This document shows, piece by piece, positions 12,584-25,289 of a stretch of 64,000 bases of DNA. The translations under genes and the position numbers were made by a program. Source of the DNA: Eutreptiella sp. 'Long Island Sound 2002' (Eukaryota > Protista > Euglenida); assembly GCA_964036045.1 (NCBI GenBank), contig OZ038378.1:195920001-195984000 (forward strand), read 5' to 3'. Under the pieces are notes generated by a model. That model worked only from the letters and a program-made list of their open reading frames with translations. It was not told the DNA's origin and searched no databases. How positions within the stretch are numbered: the first letter of the stretch is position 1; every line of letters starts with the position of its first letter.

Positions 12584-13429
12584 TGTTGTGTCACGGTCAT
12601 ATAAAGGCGTTCAACTCAAGAGGCTTCGCAACTGGAAAATAACTCGAACGAACTTTAGTCGCATTTTCAATGCTTCAAGAATGTGATGAGTCTTTGTTGC
12701 TAAAATTTTTTCAACCCTTGGTTCCTGATTGTTGATGAGGGAAAACCTCGGCAAATGAGACTCGCGCGCAAGTTCCAGAGTTTTGGAAATTTCTCGAAGT
12801 TTTTGGCAGATTGGAGGCCGAGGAGCTGGGGTCCTGTTTTCTGACTGTTGGTTAGGTGCACTATTTCAATTTTCGTCGAATCGACTGTAGGTACTCGATT
12901 TTTCATCGATCCTTTTGACAGTTTTGTCTGTCAGAAGGCAACAGCGCAAGTGTTATCCGGAGAAACGCGTTTTCTCCGGATAAGGGCTTATCCGGAGAAA
13001 ATCGGCGCGGAGGCGCCAGAACAGCCGCAGAACAGCCGCCAGAGTCAAAAACGTGGGATTTTCCTAAGTGCGCTGGCGCTGGCGGCTGGCGCAAAACTGC
13101 CGGCGCGTATCGAACCGCCGCTGGCCATTCAAGAGACCGCTGCATTACCACTCAGCTGCTGCGGCGCTGATGACATTCGGAAAATTATTTGATATAGATT
13201 TTTCTAGGGAAAAGTGAAATTTTTAAAAAAACCAAAGGCCCCGGGCCAAGCCCGGGGCCACACTGACCGGAAACTCACAATGGGGCTTGCACACAACATT
13301 GCACGACACATGACACATGTCCACACCTGCAATGCCTTACAATCAGGTTTGGGGGTGTGGGACAAGGTGGAAGTGCCCTTTTATTGGACTCAAGAGTGTT
13401 TTTAACAAACCATGGTGCAAAGGTGTTGG

Positions 13430-13770
13430 GGGGGTAACTTGGCGCCACTGTGGAGTTTTTCCAATCCGTTTGGACCGTTGTAAAGCCTAAAGTGTCTACT
13501 TTTCAAATATGCATGGCCGTGCTAGGCCGTCTCACACCGGCTTGGAGCGGTCGGACCGTCATTGGTCGGAGGTCGGTCAAAAAAATGACAAAATTTTTTT
13601 TTTGAAACCTGGGTTGCCAGAAGTACCGGGGGGGTAACTTGGCGCCACCGTGGTGTTTTTCCAATCCGTTTGGACCATTGGAAAGCCTAAGGTGTCTACT
13701 TTTCAAATATCCATGGCCGTGCTAGGCCGTCTCACACCGGCTTGGAGCGGTCGGACCGTCATTGGTCGGA
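13430..13770. repeat. ~200-bp tandem duplication inside the MULE
   Basis: GGGGGTAACTTGGCGCCAC...GGACCGTCATTGGTCGGA occurs at ~13430-13570 and ~13630-13770 with near identity. Confidence 0.85.
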
Positions 13771-13827
13771 TGTTGGGGGGGGTTGCACCATAGTAAGTCT
13801 TTAGGGGGTAGGGTTGTGCGAAGGGAA

Positions 13828-15077
13828 TCAGTAGACCAAGACACAGTCTGTGTGTAGATGTACACAAGCAAACTGGATTGTACTTGGGATGGAAGGTATC
13901 ACCCCAAACGGTGTGGCTGCATTTGCATCTGCAACGCCAAGGGCATAGTAGTGGGTGCCAAGGGCATAGCAGTCGGTTGCCTCAGTCTCAGGTACCACCA
14001 CCCAACGTGGGTCGTTCTTTTTGGCAGCAAGCAACCGATTCAACAGGTCTTGACAGTCAGTTGCTGCTTTGTATCCATATTTGTAATAGACATTTGAAAT
14101 GTCACGGGGCTCAATTTGAGCATTTGCAAACTCTTCACCGAAGCATTTTTCTAGAAGCTCATAACTGGTGGACGGTGGTAGACCTAGGTGTCCATGATCT
14201 TTGATCATTGTAACCCACTCCTTCTTCAGGACACGTTTTTCACGGGCTTGTGCTCGTTTGGAGGGAACCGTGTGCCCCGTGTGTTCTAGGTTGACTTTTG
14301 TAACCTTCCAAGGGCTATCCTCATTAGGACGGCTGCAAATAACACGACAAGAACACTTAGTTTTAATTTCCTTAGTGTCTTCCTTCTTGTCCTTGTCATC
14401 TTCTGCATCCGGAACTTCTACCTCCGGAAGTGGCAGTTCTTGTTGCTCTTGTGGCACATTGACATTTTTCCAACGTTTCGTAAAGCGGTTCCGTGCCTTT
14501 TGGACATCGCCACCTCCACTGGCCCCACGTTGGTCTGGATGCCACTTCCGACCATAGGGACATTGCAAATACAGGTATAATTCTTTTTTGGAGGTGCCGG
14601 TGACCAAGTCATAGTCCATTCTTCTGTTGACCTAATATGAATAAAATGGGTCATGTGTTATGAAAGGGCCAAAAGTGCATTACAAAACGGATCAAAACAA
14701 AAGAATACCTCCGCCGTTAAGTCTTTATTGGAAAGATTCTTTCCAAAAATGTCACCCACCTTAATAGGAGGGAGAGGGTCTTCTTCCTTGGAGTCTTCTT
14801 CTTCCCCCTCACTATCCCCAAGGTCACCAATGTCATCACTAAAGGAGACGTTGGAGGCCTCCTCCTCCTCCTCAACTTCATCGGACTCTGCATCCGACAA
14901 TCCCATGACATCTTCTTCTACTTGTGCTTCTACTTGCATCTCTTCAATGTCATCAAGTTCTTCTTCTTTGATTCTTGGGGATTTAGGTGAGTGGCATTTT
15001 GGGGATGATACATCACTCAGCAAATCAACATCAATAATTTTGGGCCTTTTGCCCCTCATGGTGCTATGGGCTTGCAT
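13828..15077 (-). pseudogene. Truncated MULE/FAR1-type transposase (acidic N-terminus + FAR1-like Zn-binding domain, no DDE domain)
   Basis: Exon 1 (15077 or 15059 to 14709) joins exon 2 (from 14631) across a 77-bp GT-AG intron (14632-14708) in frame: ...PIKVGDIFGKNLSNKDLTAE|VNRRMDYDLV...LQCPYGR...KCSCRVICSRPNEDSPWKVTKVNLEHTGH. Transposase-like sequence ends after WVVVPETE (~13985), where the catalytic domain would begin. Confidence 0.75.
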
Positions 15078-15829
15078 TTTGCAACAATAGGCTAAGGAGA
15101 CAAATTTTGACAAATTTAACATCTGAAATTTAACAGATGTACCATAGAATAATAACAGTAATAATAATACAAATGTAGCAAATGGCGCAAAACAGGCCGG
15201 CGGGTACAAAATCTGGCTGCGGCGCCGATTTTCTCCGGATAAGCCCTTATCCGGAGAAAACGCGTTTCTCCGGATAACACTTGCGAGGCAACAGAGCCCC
15301 CAATACGCGCGTGCGCGTTTGGGCCAATTCCAAGGCCCCAAATGATCCATGGTTCATTTTTGGATCACCATCCTCGAAGCCCCCCGCTGGACCCCTATGT
15401 TGCCCAACGTTTGGATCAAAGCTGATCCGGATAACCTACCCACAGCCCGCATCCCCCCCGACTGACCTACAACCCCCAAAGTCATGGAGTTAGCGGTTGG
15501 GTCTTTATCTCTGTGACTTCATGAACGTGTCGACGTAAATTGTGGTCCGGAAAGCCATGGGGTACCTACACAGCACAGGGGGGGGAAGGGTTATGGGGTC
15601 GGTGAACCGTGATCCATGGTTCACACGACGGGGGGGGAGGTATAGGCCCCCGTGGATTCGTGATCCATGGACTACCGACTCATTATTGCTTATTGCTTTT
15701 TGCAAAAGAACAATCCCCTTCTGTAGACACGGTGTGGCAAAGGAAACCATCAGTGGACATGACACACGATGCAAAGCCGTCAAGAGAGCCCATGTACGAT
15801 GAAATGACCCACGCCATGCAAACAATATT

Positions 15830-18800
15830 GATGCGAAATGCCAAACAGCGTGTTTGCACTCGGAGTTTTGGAAGCATCGATATGCATCCCATTGATGTCG
15901 CTGCATATCATTTTATAACTTGGGGTAATGGCTCGGTTCTCTACGCGAAGCTTAATTCTTGGGCCACCTCGCATATGCCTTGTTGCTGTATCGTATCTTG
16001 AACGAGATTAACGAAATTGAAAAGAGCATCTCTTGAAGTCCAAGACCAGTTGGAGATAGCCAGGGCGCTTGAGTGGAAGCAAATGAACGCTCTGTACACG
16101 CGAATCAACATCCATCCGTTTTTCATTCCCCGAGTAATGTGCGCAATTTGAGTTTTGTAACTTTTCACTTGTGCACTTGCAGTTGTTCCCATGACACCTA
16201 GTTTGTTGCATGCCCCTCACACCCAACTTCGCCAATTTAGGTTTTGCAGTTGACCTTTTTTCGCGCCGTTTGTCACATGATCACCATTCACCATTTGTAG
16301 TCGCCATCATGAAGAGGCCCGCCCGAGTGTACAGCAACATCACGGCCAAAAGGAACATGAAACAACCCATATCGACTCTCACTCGGACATTGGATGCGCA
16401 CTTTCGAGCGTGTGCGAAATGTGGTAATGATGCATCATTATCTGATAGGTGTGGCTCTTTGTGCTATATTTGCATGTTTGCATCAATCAAGCACACCAAA
16501 CACTCCGTTTCATAATTGTGCCCAACCCTCCGAATTCAAGTTTTCACCATCTCCTGTGAGCCTTTTGGAGCCTTTTGGATATCTCAATGTTCGAAACCAA
16601 TGCAAACCCCAACGTCCCCCACCATTGTGTTGTGTGTTGCTTTTTTGGTAACACTGAGACAACCTTGCTAATATTTTCGGAAAAAGTGTGAGGCGCATGG
16701 GTGGCAATATCAATACACATTTTCTTCTTTGGTGACACGGTAAGCCAACACACCTTGGTCAACCTTGCAATATGATGTGAACCCAAGGTATTGCAAACCA
16801 CCTGTACAAGGACATGCCCTCTCTATCTGTCAATGTTCCTCTTGCAGAAAGGCTGCGTGCCTGGTGTCTTTGTCTGTTGTTTGGTATTCCGTCGGCTCAG
16901 AGCTTCACAAGAATCCATCACCATTCAAAGTGTGAGTCTCATAGATCATTAGCAGTTTTTTTTGTGCAATCTAATTTTTTGGGAGTGCACATAGGGCACT
17001 TAATAGATGTTAACTAAAACGCGTAAAACCACCCAAATGCCAATATTGAGTGGAACCCCGCTTTTTTTGAAAATCTCATTGCACCGTTTTTACACAAGTA
17101 GAGCATACACATGAGGTTGTGTTTCCGTAAGCGTCTGCGAATGTGACATAAAGCAAGAGCCTCCACATTTGTGTGTAGGTAGCATAGGGACGAAAGGCGG
17201 TGACAGCAAGGGTGTGGTGCATGGACTGCAGGTGCAACCAAAAGAGGAACTAGTCCACTTTTTTTTGTGGCATTTGACTTTGCTCTTGCTTTGTCATTGC
17301 TGAAGTCCACCTAACGAAGGAACACGGTCCCAGTGGGAATCTGTGGTTAGAATGCAAGTGCCACCAAAACAGGAACCAGTCCACTTTGCTGCGTGTTGTA
17401 CTATGTCAATGGCCCATTCATCCTCTTTGTTTAGTCGAAGTGCTACATTTGTGATCAGTGCCTATGCCTTGACTTGAGTTAGACAGCACACGTATGAGGA
17501 AAGCCAAAAATGCTGTAACCACAATACGCGACGCTCCGACAGACCACCCGGGTACCTGGGTGCTCCATTTGTGATTTGTGCAACACAACCAGATTAAAGG
17601 CAACGAGTGGAGGAAGTCGTTCTAGACATAGCGTGGTATGCTGCAAACTGTAGTATCAAAGATAAAAATGACACTTTCATTGACCAGCCCGGGGTGGTCC
17701 TCATGGGGTTGCAGCATCATAGAAGGAAAGATTGTGCCACGACGCAGTCACAACCACCCACATGTGTGCTTGTTCCTAACGCAGCCACCGCCGACCGCCC
17801 CGGTATGCAGGCCCCAAGTGTTGTGCAGGGCCGTGCTGAACCAGTAGAAACCACAGTACAATCAGCGTGAAAATCCCAAATTTTTGAAAGATGAGAGACT
17901 GTTTGTAGGCACCATAAAACCTTTCAATTTTTGGAAATTCAATGATTTTACCCCCGTTTATATGCATTTGTGAAGAACTTGGAAGAAGAAACACTCGAAT
18001 CCGCCAATTCAATGAAGTAGGTCTAGTTGCCAAGTTACATACCTGGGTATTGATGATCAGTGTTTGAATGGGTTCACTCAAGTGCGGCTGAGATGTTTTT
18101 CTTAGAATGCTGAACTTTTCAAGCGCCGGTCAATTTGCAAAGTGTTGAGACAAACATTCCGTGGATGTACGCACTATCACAACCAACACATCAGTTTGCA
18201 TTGTTTTGAAAGGGCGTGAAGCGGTTAACCACACAATAGTAACGGTAGGTGCTGAAGACAGCTTTTGTGACCCAAGGACAAGGTATTGTCCCAAGGGCCC
18301 CCTGCGGTCTGTGGTCAATGCCTGCCTACAAATTAAAGGAAATGAAGTTGACTAATTGTCATTTGCTTGCATTTTGGTGCGCAAGAAGGACACGTTTTGG
18401 CTAGCATTTAGCAAAGCTGAAGACTTTGGGGTCCGTAGCTACACATTGTGCTGGGGAGACGGGTGCACCACCGATGGCTAAGATTGAAAATGCTTTTACG
18501 GAGATGCATTTACTTTGATCGGCATCCCCAGGATCCTTGGAGCATTGCCATTTGGCAAAGTTGTCCACCTAGGCAATGGGGTGCAAGCCGGTACATGGGT
18601 GAAGCAAGGCACCGTGTCTGAGATTGACCCTTCGAACCTTAGGCAGAAGTTGGGACTGTGCCAAGTGGGTACGACACATGCAAGAGCTTTCACTGCGTCT
18701 TGCAAATGTTCAGTACCGCCGGTGCATCATGTAATAACCCCTGTGTGCGTCTTGGTGCCACAAGCCCGGCAATTAAAGAGGTTAAAGAACTGCAACAATT

Positions 18801-19410
18801 GCAAACACGGGGGTGCAAGCAGCTGCATCCATTGGCACTTCTTCCGGTTCCACCAGTTGGCCCTTAGGTCATCGATTTGTTCGTTGGAACCCGTTATTGC
18901 AGGACCACCGCACTTGTATGCAAACCTATATTTTTTGCAAGCATGCTTCAGCTGTACTTACCTTGTCAATTCATGAAGTCTCGCCCTCATCACAACTCCC
19001 CCTCCCCGTGCCAGTGCAACATGCTAGGCGTCTTCATACTTCTCCTGTTCAAGTGTTACCCTGAAACATGGTGGCTCCCGAAGCTACTCAAGTTTTCCAC
19101 AACATTGGCCTGAAGTGCGAGACACAACAGGCATTGCAACTTGCCACAACGGCACACATGCCAATAGTCTCTAAGTGGTGTCTTGAGACGATATACGGTA
19201 ACTCATTTCTAGAAGTGCAACGTGCCTCACATACCCTTGCCCATCTAGCCATGTCATGGAAGAAGGTGAAGGAATTTGTGTGAGCCCGTTCATTCGATTC
19301 ATGCTACTGGTTCTTTGAATACCCACAACGAGCGTATACCATGGTGTAGTATCATTTAGAATCACTGAGAGAGCACGAGTCGATACTTGATGCAAGGCAG
19401 ACTGCAAAGT
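15830..19410 (+). CDS. Probable multi-exon host gene (uncharacterised; possible BRCT-like segment near 19070-19200)
   Basis: Several stop-free, protein-like segments bounded by AG/GT, e.g. KRASLEVQDQLEIARALEWKQMNALYTRINIHPFF, EEVVLDIAWYAANCSIKDKNDTFIDQPG, and EATQVFHNIGLKCETQQALQLATTAHMPIVSKWCLETIY followed by GGTAAC. Exon model not fully resolved. Confidence 0.35.
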
Positions 19411-21054
19411 GAAAAGATAATCATTCTAGGGACTCAGGCTCTAGGCTGTACCACAAGCATTTATGCAAGAGCCCTGGGAACTGCGACCACCAAACTAGCC
19501 GCGCATGTGGGCTGTGAGGGTCAACCCACATGTACCACTTAGCCCGGATGGGTCTCCCATTAGCGACAGAGTGCAGAAGTAACAACAAGTACAAGTTTTG
19601 GCACGAAGAAAACATGAATGCATGGAGGTTGCAAAGTGTGGCACAGGTAAAGATGTAGTCCAAGCCAACCAAGTGCAAGCCTCACAAGGGTGCTCAATGG
19701 ATGGATGGATGGATGGATGAATCCTCTCACCGTTCCACCCTCAAGCACGTTGGTTGATCAAGAACAAGAGTGTGGGAAGCAAAGGTGATCAGATACCACA
19801 TAATACCGCGGGCAAACGTGCGCTCAGTGATGTGGGGTATTGGCTGTAAGCGATACCCCGGCCGGTGGTGGATTGGGATTGTGCGTCGTTTCTGGGGCAC
19901 GTACCCGTTGGGAGGCCTTGTGTCATGGGGTACGGGCCACCCGTGTGTTCGCCGACAATGGGCACAGGCCCTGACCTGTGCGTTGCTGCACTGTGTGCAC
20001 AGACGCTATACGTGTGTGTGGAGGGGGGGGGGTAGAGGAGGTTCACATGGGATGCTTAGCCACGCGGCTCACTTGAGGCTCGCCGCGTAGCACAGACACC
20101 ATGTGTAGGCATCACAATCCACAATTTGGTGTGCATTACTTGTGTGCCGTTGTTTGTCGTTTGCCTTATCTGGGAGACGTGTAAACATTAGCGAAAGCAA
20201 AAAGTTGAGCACAAAGGACATGTATGTCATATATGTTGTGTCTACAGGTGTGGACCAGTGAAAACCTTTTGTTTTGCTCTTTGGCGCGTGTCTCCTTTGA
20301 CAACTCCGTCTATGTGGAATGGCATCGCTGCAGCAGTTAATTCGCAAATACAAAAACAGATCCAAAGTCCTGTTGTTGGGGATAAGTTGTCCCACTACAG
20401 GTTTCCAAAACCAAAGGTAATGGCACACAACAAAATGTGGCAAAGATGAGCAAAGTAGAACACCAAGATCACAATTGAAAGCCGAGCATGGCACAAGCTT
20501 GTTCCTCACAAGGGGCATTTCAAGTGCGTACACAATGAATACCACAGTACTTGAGGATCATGGGCTCAATTAACAATCAATGAAAGCATGTATCATGTTG
20601 GGCATGGGCCCATGGAGCACCTTCATATCACTTTTGGGCCGAGCCGTGATCCAAAGGCCAACTACAAAGTGCTGCCCAACCAGACACAGACCCAAAGCTT
20701 GAACCCCCGTCAACCACGACCCAAACCAAGCCAGGTGTCAGTCTTACCATGTTATGGGCTCTCAGACGAGAATTCCGGGTTGCACCCGCTTTGGGGGCAT
20801 CCTTCTAGTTTTTTTGCTGCATGGTCCCCAGGGTTACCAGGTGAGGCCACCTGTTTAGGGGGTGTCAGGTATGTGGCATGATTCAGTCAATGTGATGTGG
20901 GGCTGCCCTCATGGTTTGTGGTCATGGTGCAGGTGCTGGCCGGGGGGAAGGGGGTTTAGCTGGCCAGGGGGGTTTGGGGGAAAGGAAGGGCGGGTTGGGG
21001 TTGCGAAGGTCAACCTATTAGGCATGGTGGTTACATATTTGCGCCTCATTACAC

Positions 21055-24000
21055 CAGTGAGCCTTTAGGTATAGCTCCATCTGTGCATCATCAACATTGG
21101 TGTTCGGCTGCCATGGACAAAATTCTCCTTCGCCTTTGGTGCCAATGGTCATGTCAGCCTCAAACGTGGCCAAGCCTGGTGACCTTTGAATACTAAGTGT
21201 GGCTGAACGCCCAAGGATGGCGGCGGCGGGGAGGGGAGGGAGGGAGGAGTCCATTTCCCAAAACCAAGGAGGTGGTCCCCTGGTGGTGTTGGGGCACACA
21301 TGTAGGCCCACAACAAAGATTTTCTGGAAACCCTCCCTGACTCCCACCAACCGGCATACTCATTCAGCATTTATGGCATCCCCCCCCCCCCCCAAGGGGG
21401 CCTTTGGCAACTTTTAATTTGCTCATGAGTCCATATCATATAGACTGAGGAGTCACACCACCCCACCCCCACACCCATGTCCTTGGCTTCCCTGTTGCTG
21501 ACACCACAATAAAGAGAAGAGTGCTTGTATTGATGCATTTCATCCAAATTCCACACAGACACTGTGACGAGTGTGGGGAGGCTCTGATGATGCCCTCGAA
21601 CTTCTCCTCTGTGGCCACGGGGATCACCCCAGGGCCTGGGGCCCCTGTGCAGTTTGGCACTCAACGTTCAGAGGGCCAGGCGAAAGTTGGGTATGCCACC
21701 TCATGAGGGATCGTTCATGGGATTCACGTAGGTCCCCCTTACAGGCTGCGGAGGAGATCATACGTCTCCATTGGGACGCAAAAGTGCCACCAGGCAGGGG
21801 TACATATAATCTCTCTCCATTCTGTGTGGTTGGCGGGAGGGGTTTTTGCACCATGAGATTGACATGGGAGTGCCAATTACGGAATGCCATGCTAAGACTC
21901 TGCCTAAGGGGTGCTACAGAGACGCTTCTGTTTATTTTTGTCTCACCATCACCCAACTCGGCACGCCTTGTAGGATGTTGAATTCGTTCGTGGTGGAACC
22001 GGGCTCGGTGATGTGCCTGTGCCATTCAAACTGGTTGGGAACACCCTCATCAAACCCCCATTCCCCGCCCCCAGGTCCAAACAATATCTATTTGCTCAGT
22101 GTCATCACCATTGTCCTGCTCTTCGGCACCAAGCTCAACAGGCTTTGTTTTCCGGTGCGATATGCACCCGTGGTTACCCAAGTCGTCAGCACCGATTTCA
22201 TGGGGAATGCTGCGTTTTGGTCAGGCCAGGCCAGGCCAGGCCAGGTAGCTCCCAATGAGTACAGCAAGAAAACTGTGCATATTCTAAGCACACTGTTGTG
22301 TGTTGTGGCCATTGTTGGGGTTCAAGGTGCCAAATTTTTTCGTTGTCATTGTGCTCTTGCTTGAAGGAGTCGGAAATCGGCAGCACTCAAATCCAAAGCT
22401 TTCTCCCCTTGGAATGGTTTGCTACATAGACCCATGGAAGTGTGGTTTTACACATGCCTTGATGATTGTGCAAGTGCTGCACCAGGGATAGGTGGAGACA
22501 CACCCCAGGAGGCAGCAGGTATTAGCTGTTCACGTGACTCAACGTTCACCGCAAGGTGTGTCCAAGGCATAAACAAATAAACAATGCCCTTGAGAGCGTC
22601 CATTGGACTGAATTTCTAAGGACACTGGGGGTTATTCTTTGATGATCCTGTCGTTCCATGCAGGGTGCCCTTGGAGCCCTCCCCGGTCCTTGGAGCCCTC
22701 TCAAGGTGCCAGAGTTTCAGCTCTATAAGGCGTCGCGATTTCACGATCCAACATCCCCCTGGAGCCGCAGTGTCTTGGACGCAGAGCCACACGTGTGCCT
22801 CAGGCAAGCTCCTGGCGCCAGTGGGTGTATGGGGGGAGGGAAGGATTGGCAACAACAACCCATCCCCAGCCACCCCTCACCCCAGATTGCGAATTACTCT
22901 CCCACGAGGGCAAGGGGGGCCGAGGCGGTCGTCTCTTGCAGCCTCAGCTACAGTGCCTGTGCCATTCCCCTCTTGTGGACAGCCATGCCATGGTCTTTGC
23001 CTTATGTGCAGCGAGCGTTATTGTCTTGCTGGCACTTGGGTAAAAGGACTCTGGAGGGAGTGGGCAATGATGTGTTGTGTCCAAAATTCTTTGCTTTACC
23101 AGACATGGAGATCTTCCAGCAGCCCAGGGATGATTTACAGGCAGCCGTTTACACAAGCAGTACAGATAGTCAAGTCAGACTGACCTTTTTTGCCAACCAC
23201 CAACCGGTTGACTCGGAGGCACGTCACTGTTGCACATTGTTTTTGGTGTCTGGCCTGCAGACACATTCAGTTAGGGTGAGAATGCAAGGAATTGATGACG
23301 GTTGCCCATGCTGAGAAGAAATTTTGACCTGCCACCATCCCATGGGGTGATTTTGAAGGTGCCGAGAGGGCGGGCGGCTCCATTGGAGTTCTGTTGAACC
23401 AACTTCAGAAATGACTCTTCAGGGAGTCTGTTCTAATTCAGTTTGTCTCATCATATGCTTGTCATTCAGCAAAAGCAGACCTCTGAAAGTAGCTTCATTT
23501 TCAGCGTTTCAAATGTTGCAACATTACCCCCTGATACCTAGTGCAATGAAGCTGCATTGGCATGATACTGGCTAGTCTGTCTTTGAAGGGCAGGCTGGAT
23601 GCCCGAAGGGCCTGGGGGTGGGTGGGAAAAATTAAATGGAGACCAACAACGCAGAACAGATCTACTTGCCTGGACGACGACGTGCTTGCAAGGGAGTGGG
23701 TATGCAGCTTGACGGAGGGGGGGGGGGTTGAGCCCCCCCCCCCCCCCCGGAGGGCGTTGGGCGGTGGGGGTTTGGACTGGGGCTGAGATGACAGCACCCT
23801 TCTGCAACCCAAGTTTCGGGTTGGTAGTTCCAAATTTGACTGACATGCATTACTTCAATGAAACCTCTTCTCGGATTTTTGGGGGGGCGCCACAATACAC
23901 CTCAACATGATCAGTGCGCACTGGATTTTGAGGGGTATCTGTTTGGATACCATGCCCAACCCACCCAAAACCCCGCCACAGCCTTTTTGGGTCCCCAAAA

Positions 24001-25061
24001 TCTGAGCCCTGATAATGGGGGGAGGGGGGGCTCCAGAAAAAGGGCTCCAAACAACCCCCCGGCACTCCCAATGAACCTTTTGCCCAAAGCCCCAAGTATA
24101 CCTGTTGCGCTGAATGTTGTCACCTATGATCTGCCGAACCATCTGATAGCATCCACCCCAACCAGCCAGAAATCTGTATTCCTGGGGCAACACTGACTGA
24201 GCTTTATTGGCATCACTGCATCTCAGAAATCCGTAAATGGCATAAAGGGTGCAACACGGTTATCGCAATGCCGGCTGCAGGTGGAATTGTCGGTCCACCT
24301 GGGTTTTGTGGATCTGTCTAGCTGTGTGTGCCCCAGAACTAGAACCCAGTCTCAAGAACAAAAAATGGCCTGAATGGCCCCTTACTTTGAACCACACTGT
24401 TCCATTGTCGGCAGATTCCAATCCACCGTTAGCCGGGGTCGGGTCGTGCAGCGTCAGAGCCCATCCAAATTCGTTGCTCCTGCACAAGGCACAGCCAAGG
24501 TCCTTGACCTTGGGCCGGACCTGGGACCCGTTTTAAAAGGCGCGAGACGCGGCAATGGTGATGTGGGTATGTTTGTTGTCCGAGCATTGATAGGTTTGCT
24601 GCACATGCTGTGTTTGTCAATGAAACCCCTTCGCAGCTGCTTCTGCTTGCCAGCCATCTGTGTGTATCTGTGTCTGTGCGCGCGGGCGCGTCTGTACCCA
24701 CCCGGTAGTGGGTGGCATGTGATGCCTTGTGTGCATTGCATGGTGCATTTGTCAGGATTTCTCCATGTGACAGCTGGGATGCTTCAGTGTCACAGTGTTA
24801 GAGGGGGCCTGGGGCTTTCCCCGTTGTGTGTTCATGCACAGACGATGACAGGTGGTGTCTGGGAAAGTGTATGGGTCCGAAGTGTTCTGCCTTGGGGTTC
24901 TGCATTGTGCGGGCCGAACCAGGAAGGGGCGAGCCAGCCAATTTGGGAGACACGGGGTGTTACGGGTGTGTCCCCTTCTGACGAAGTCAGTCCCTGCTTT
25001 GGGCACTCCTAAGACGGCAAGGGTTTGGTAACACGGGCGTGGTTGCCAGCTCGTACCCGAC
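21055..25061 (-). CDS. Core six exons of an uncharacterised host gene (gene probably spans ~20-32 kb)
   Basis: Exons 24983-25061, 24386-24520, 24102-24142, 23336-23427, 21563-21644 and 21055-21192 all have AG/GT borders and join in frame without stops: SGTSWQPRPCYQTLAVLGVPKAGTDF-VRPKVKDLGCALCRSNEFGWALTLHDPTPANGGLESADNGTVWFK-MVRQIIGDNIQRNR-LPEESFLKLVQQNSNGAARPLGTFKITPWDG-APGPGVIPVATEEKFEGIIRASPHSSH-IQRSPGLATFEADMTIGTKGEGEFCPWQPNTNVDDAQMELYLKAH. Confidence 0.7.
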
Positions 25062-25289
25062 CTCAAGGGGGAGTGGGGGGGGGGGGGGGGGCTCTACGGA
25101 CCCCAAAATGGTTCTCCGGAACAATGGGTTTTGTGGCCTTCGGAGGGAATCCGCTGAACTAAGCTAAACGAAACCTATGGTGGCGTGTAAGAGTGCTTTG
25201 AGCGCCACATTGGGCAAGGCGAGGCACTATACGAATGTCGTTTGTTGCTCCTTGCAGATCCTGCCCTTGAGCTCAGGCTCGGCTCGATG

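Larger units (their letters stand above)
12945..15285 (-). mobile_element. Mutator-like (MULE) DNA transposon, internally deleted, 2341 bp
   Basis: Perfect 64-bp TIRs (12945-13008 / 15222-15285) and an exact 9-bp TSD AGGCAACAG (12936-12944, 15286-15294). A 9-bp TSD is typical of the Mutator superfamily. Contains a FAR1-like ORF. Confidence 0.92.

Noticed and set aside
10144-15684. Possible TIR pair TGAGTCG..TAG..CCATGGAT (10144) / ATCCATGGACTACCGACTCA (15663) defining a 5.5-kb element
   Set aside because: The match is gapped, there is no TSD, and the enclosed region contains what look like host exons.
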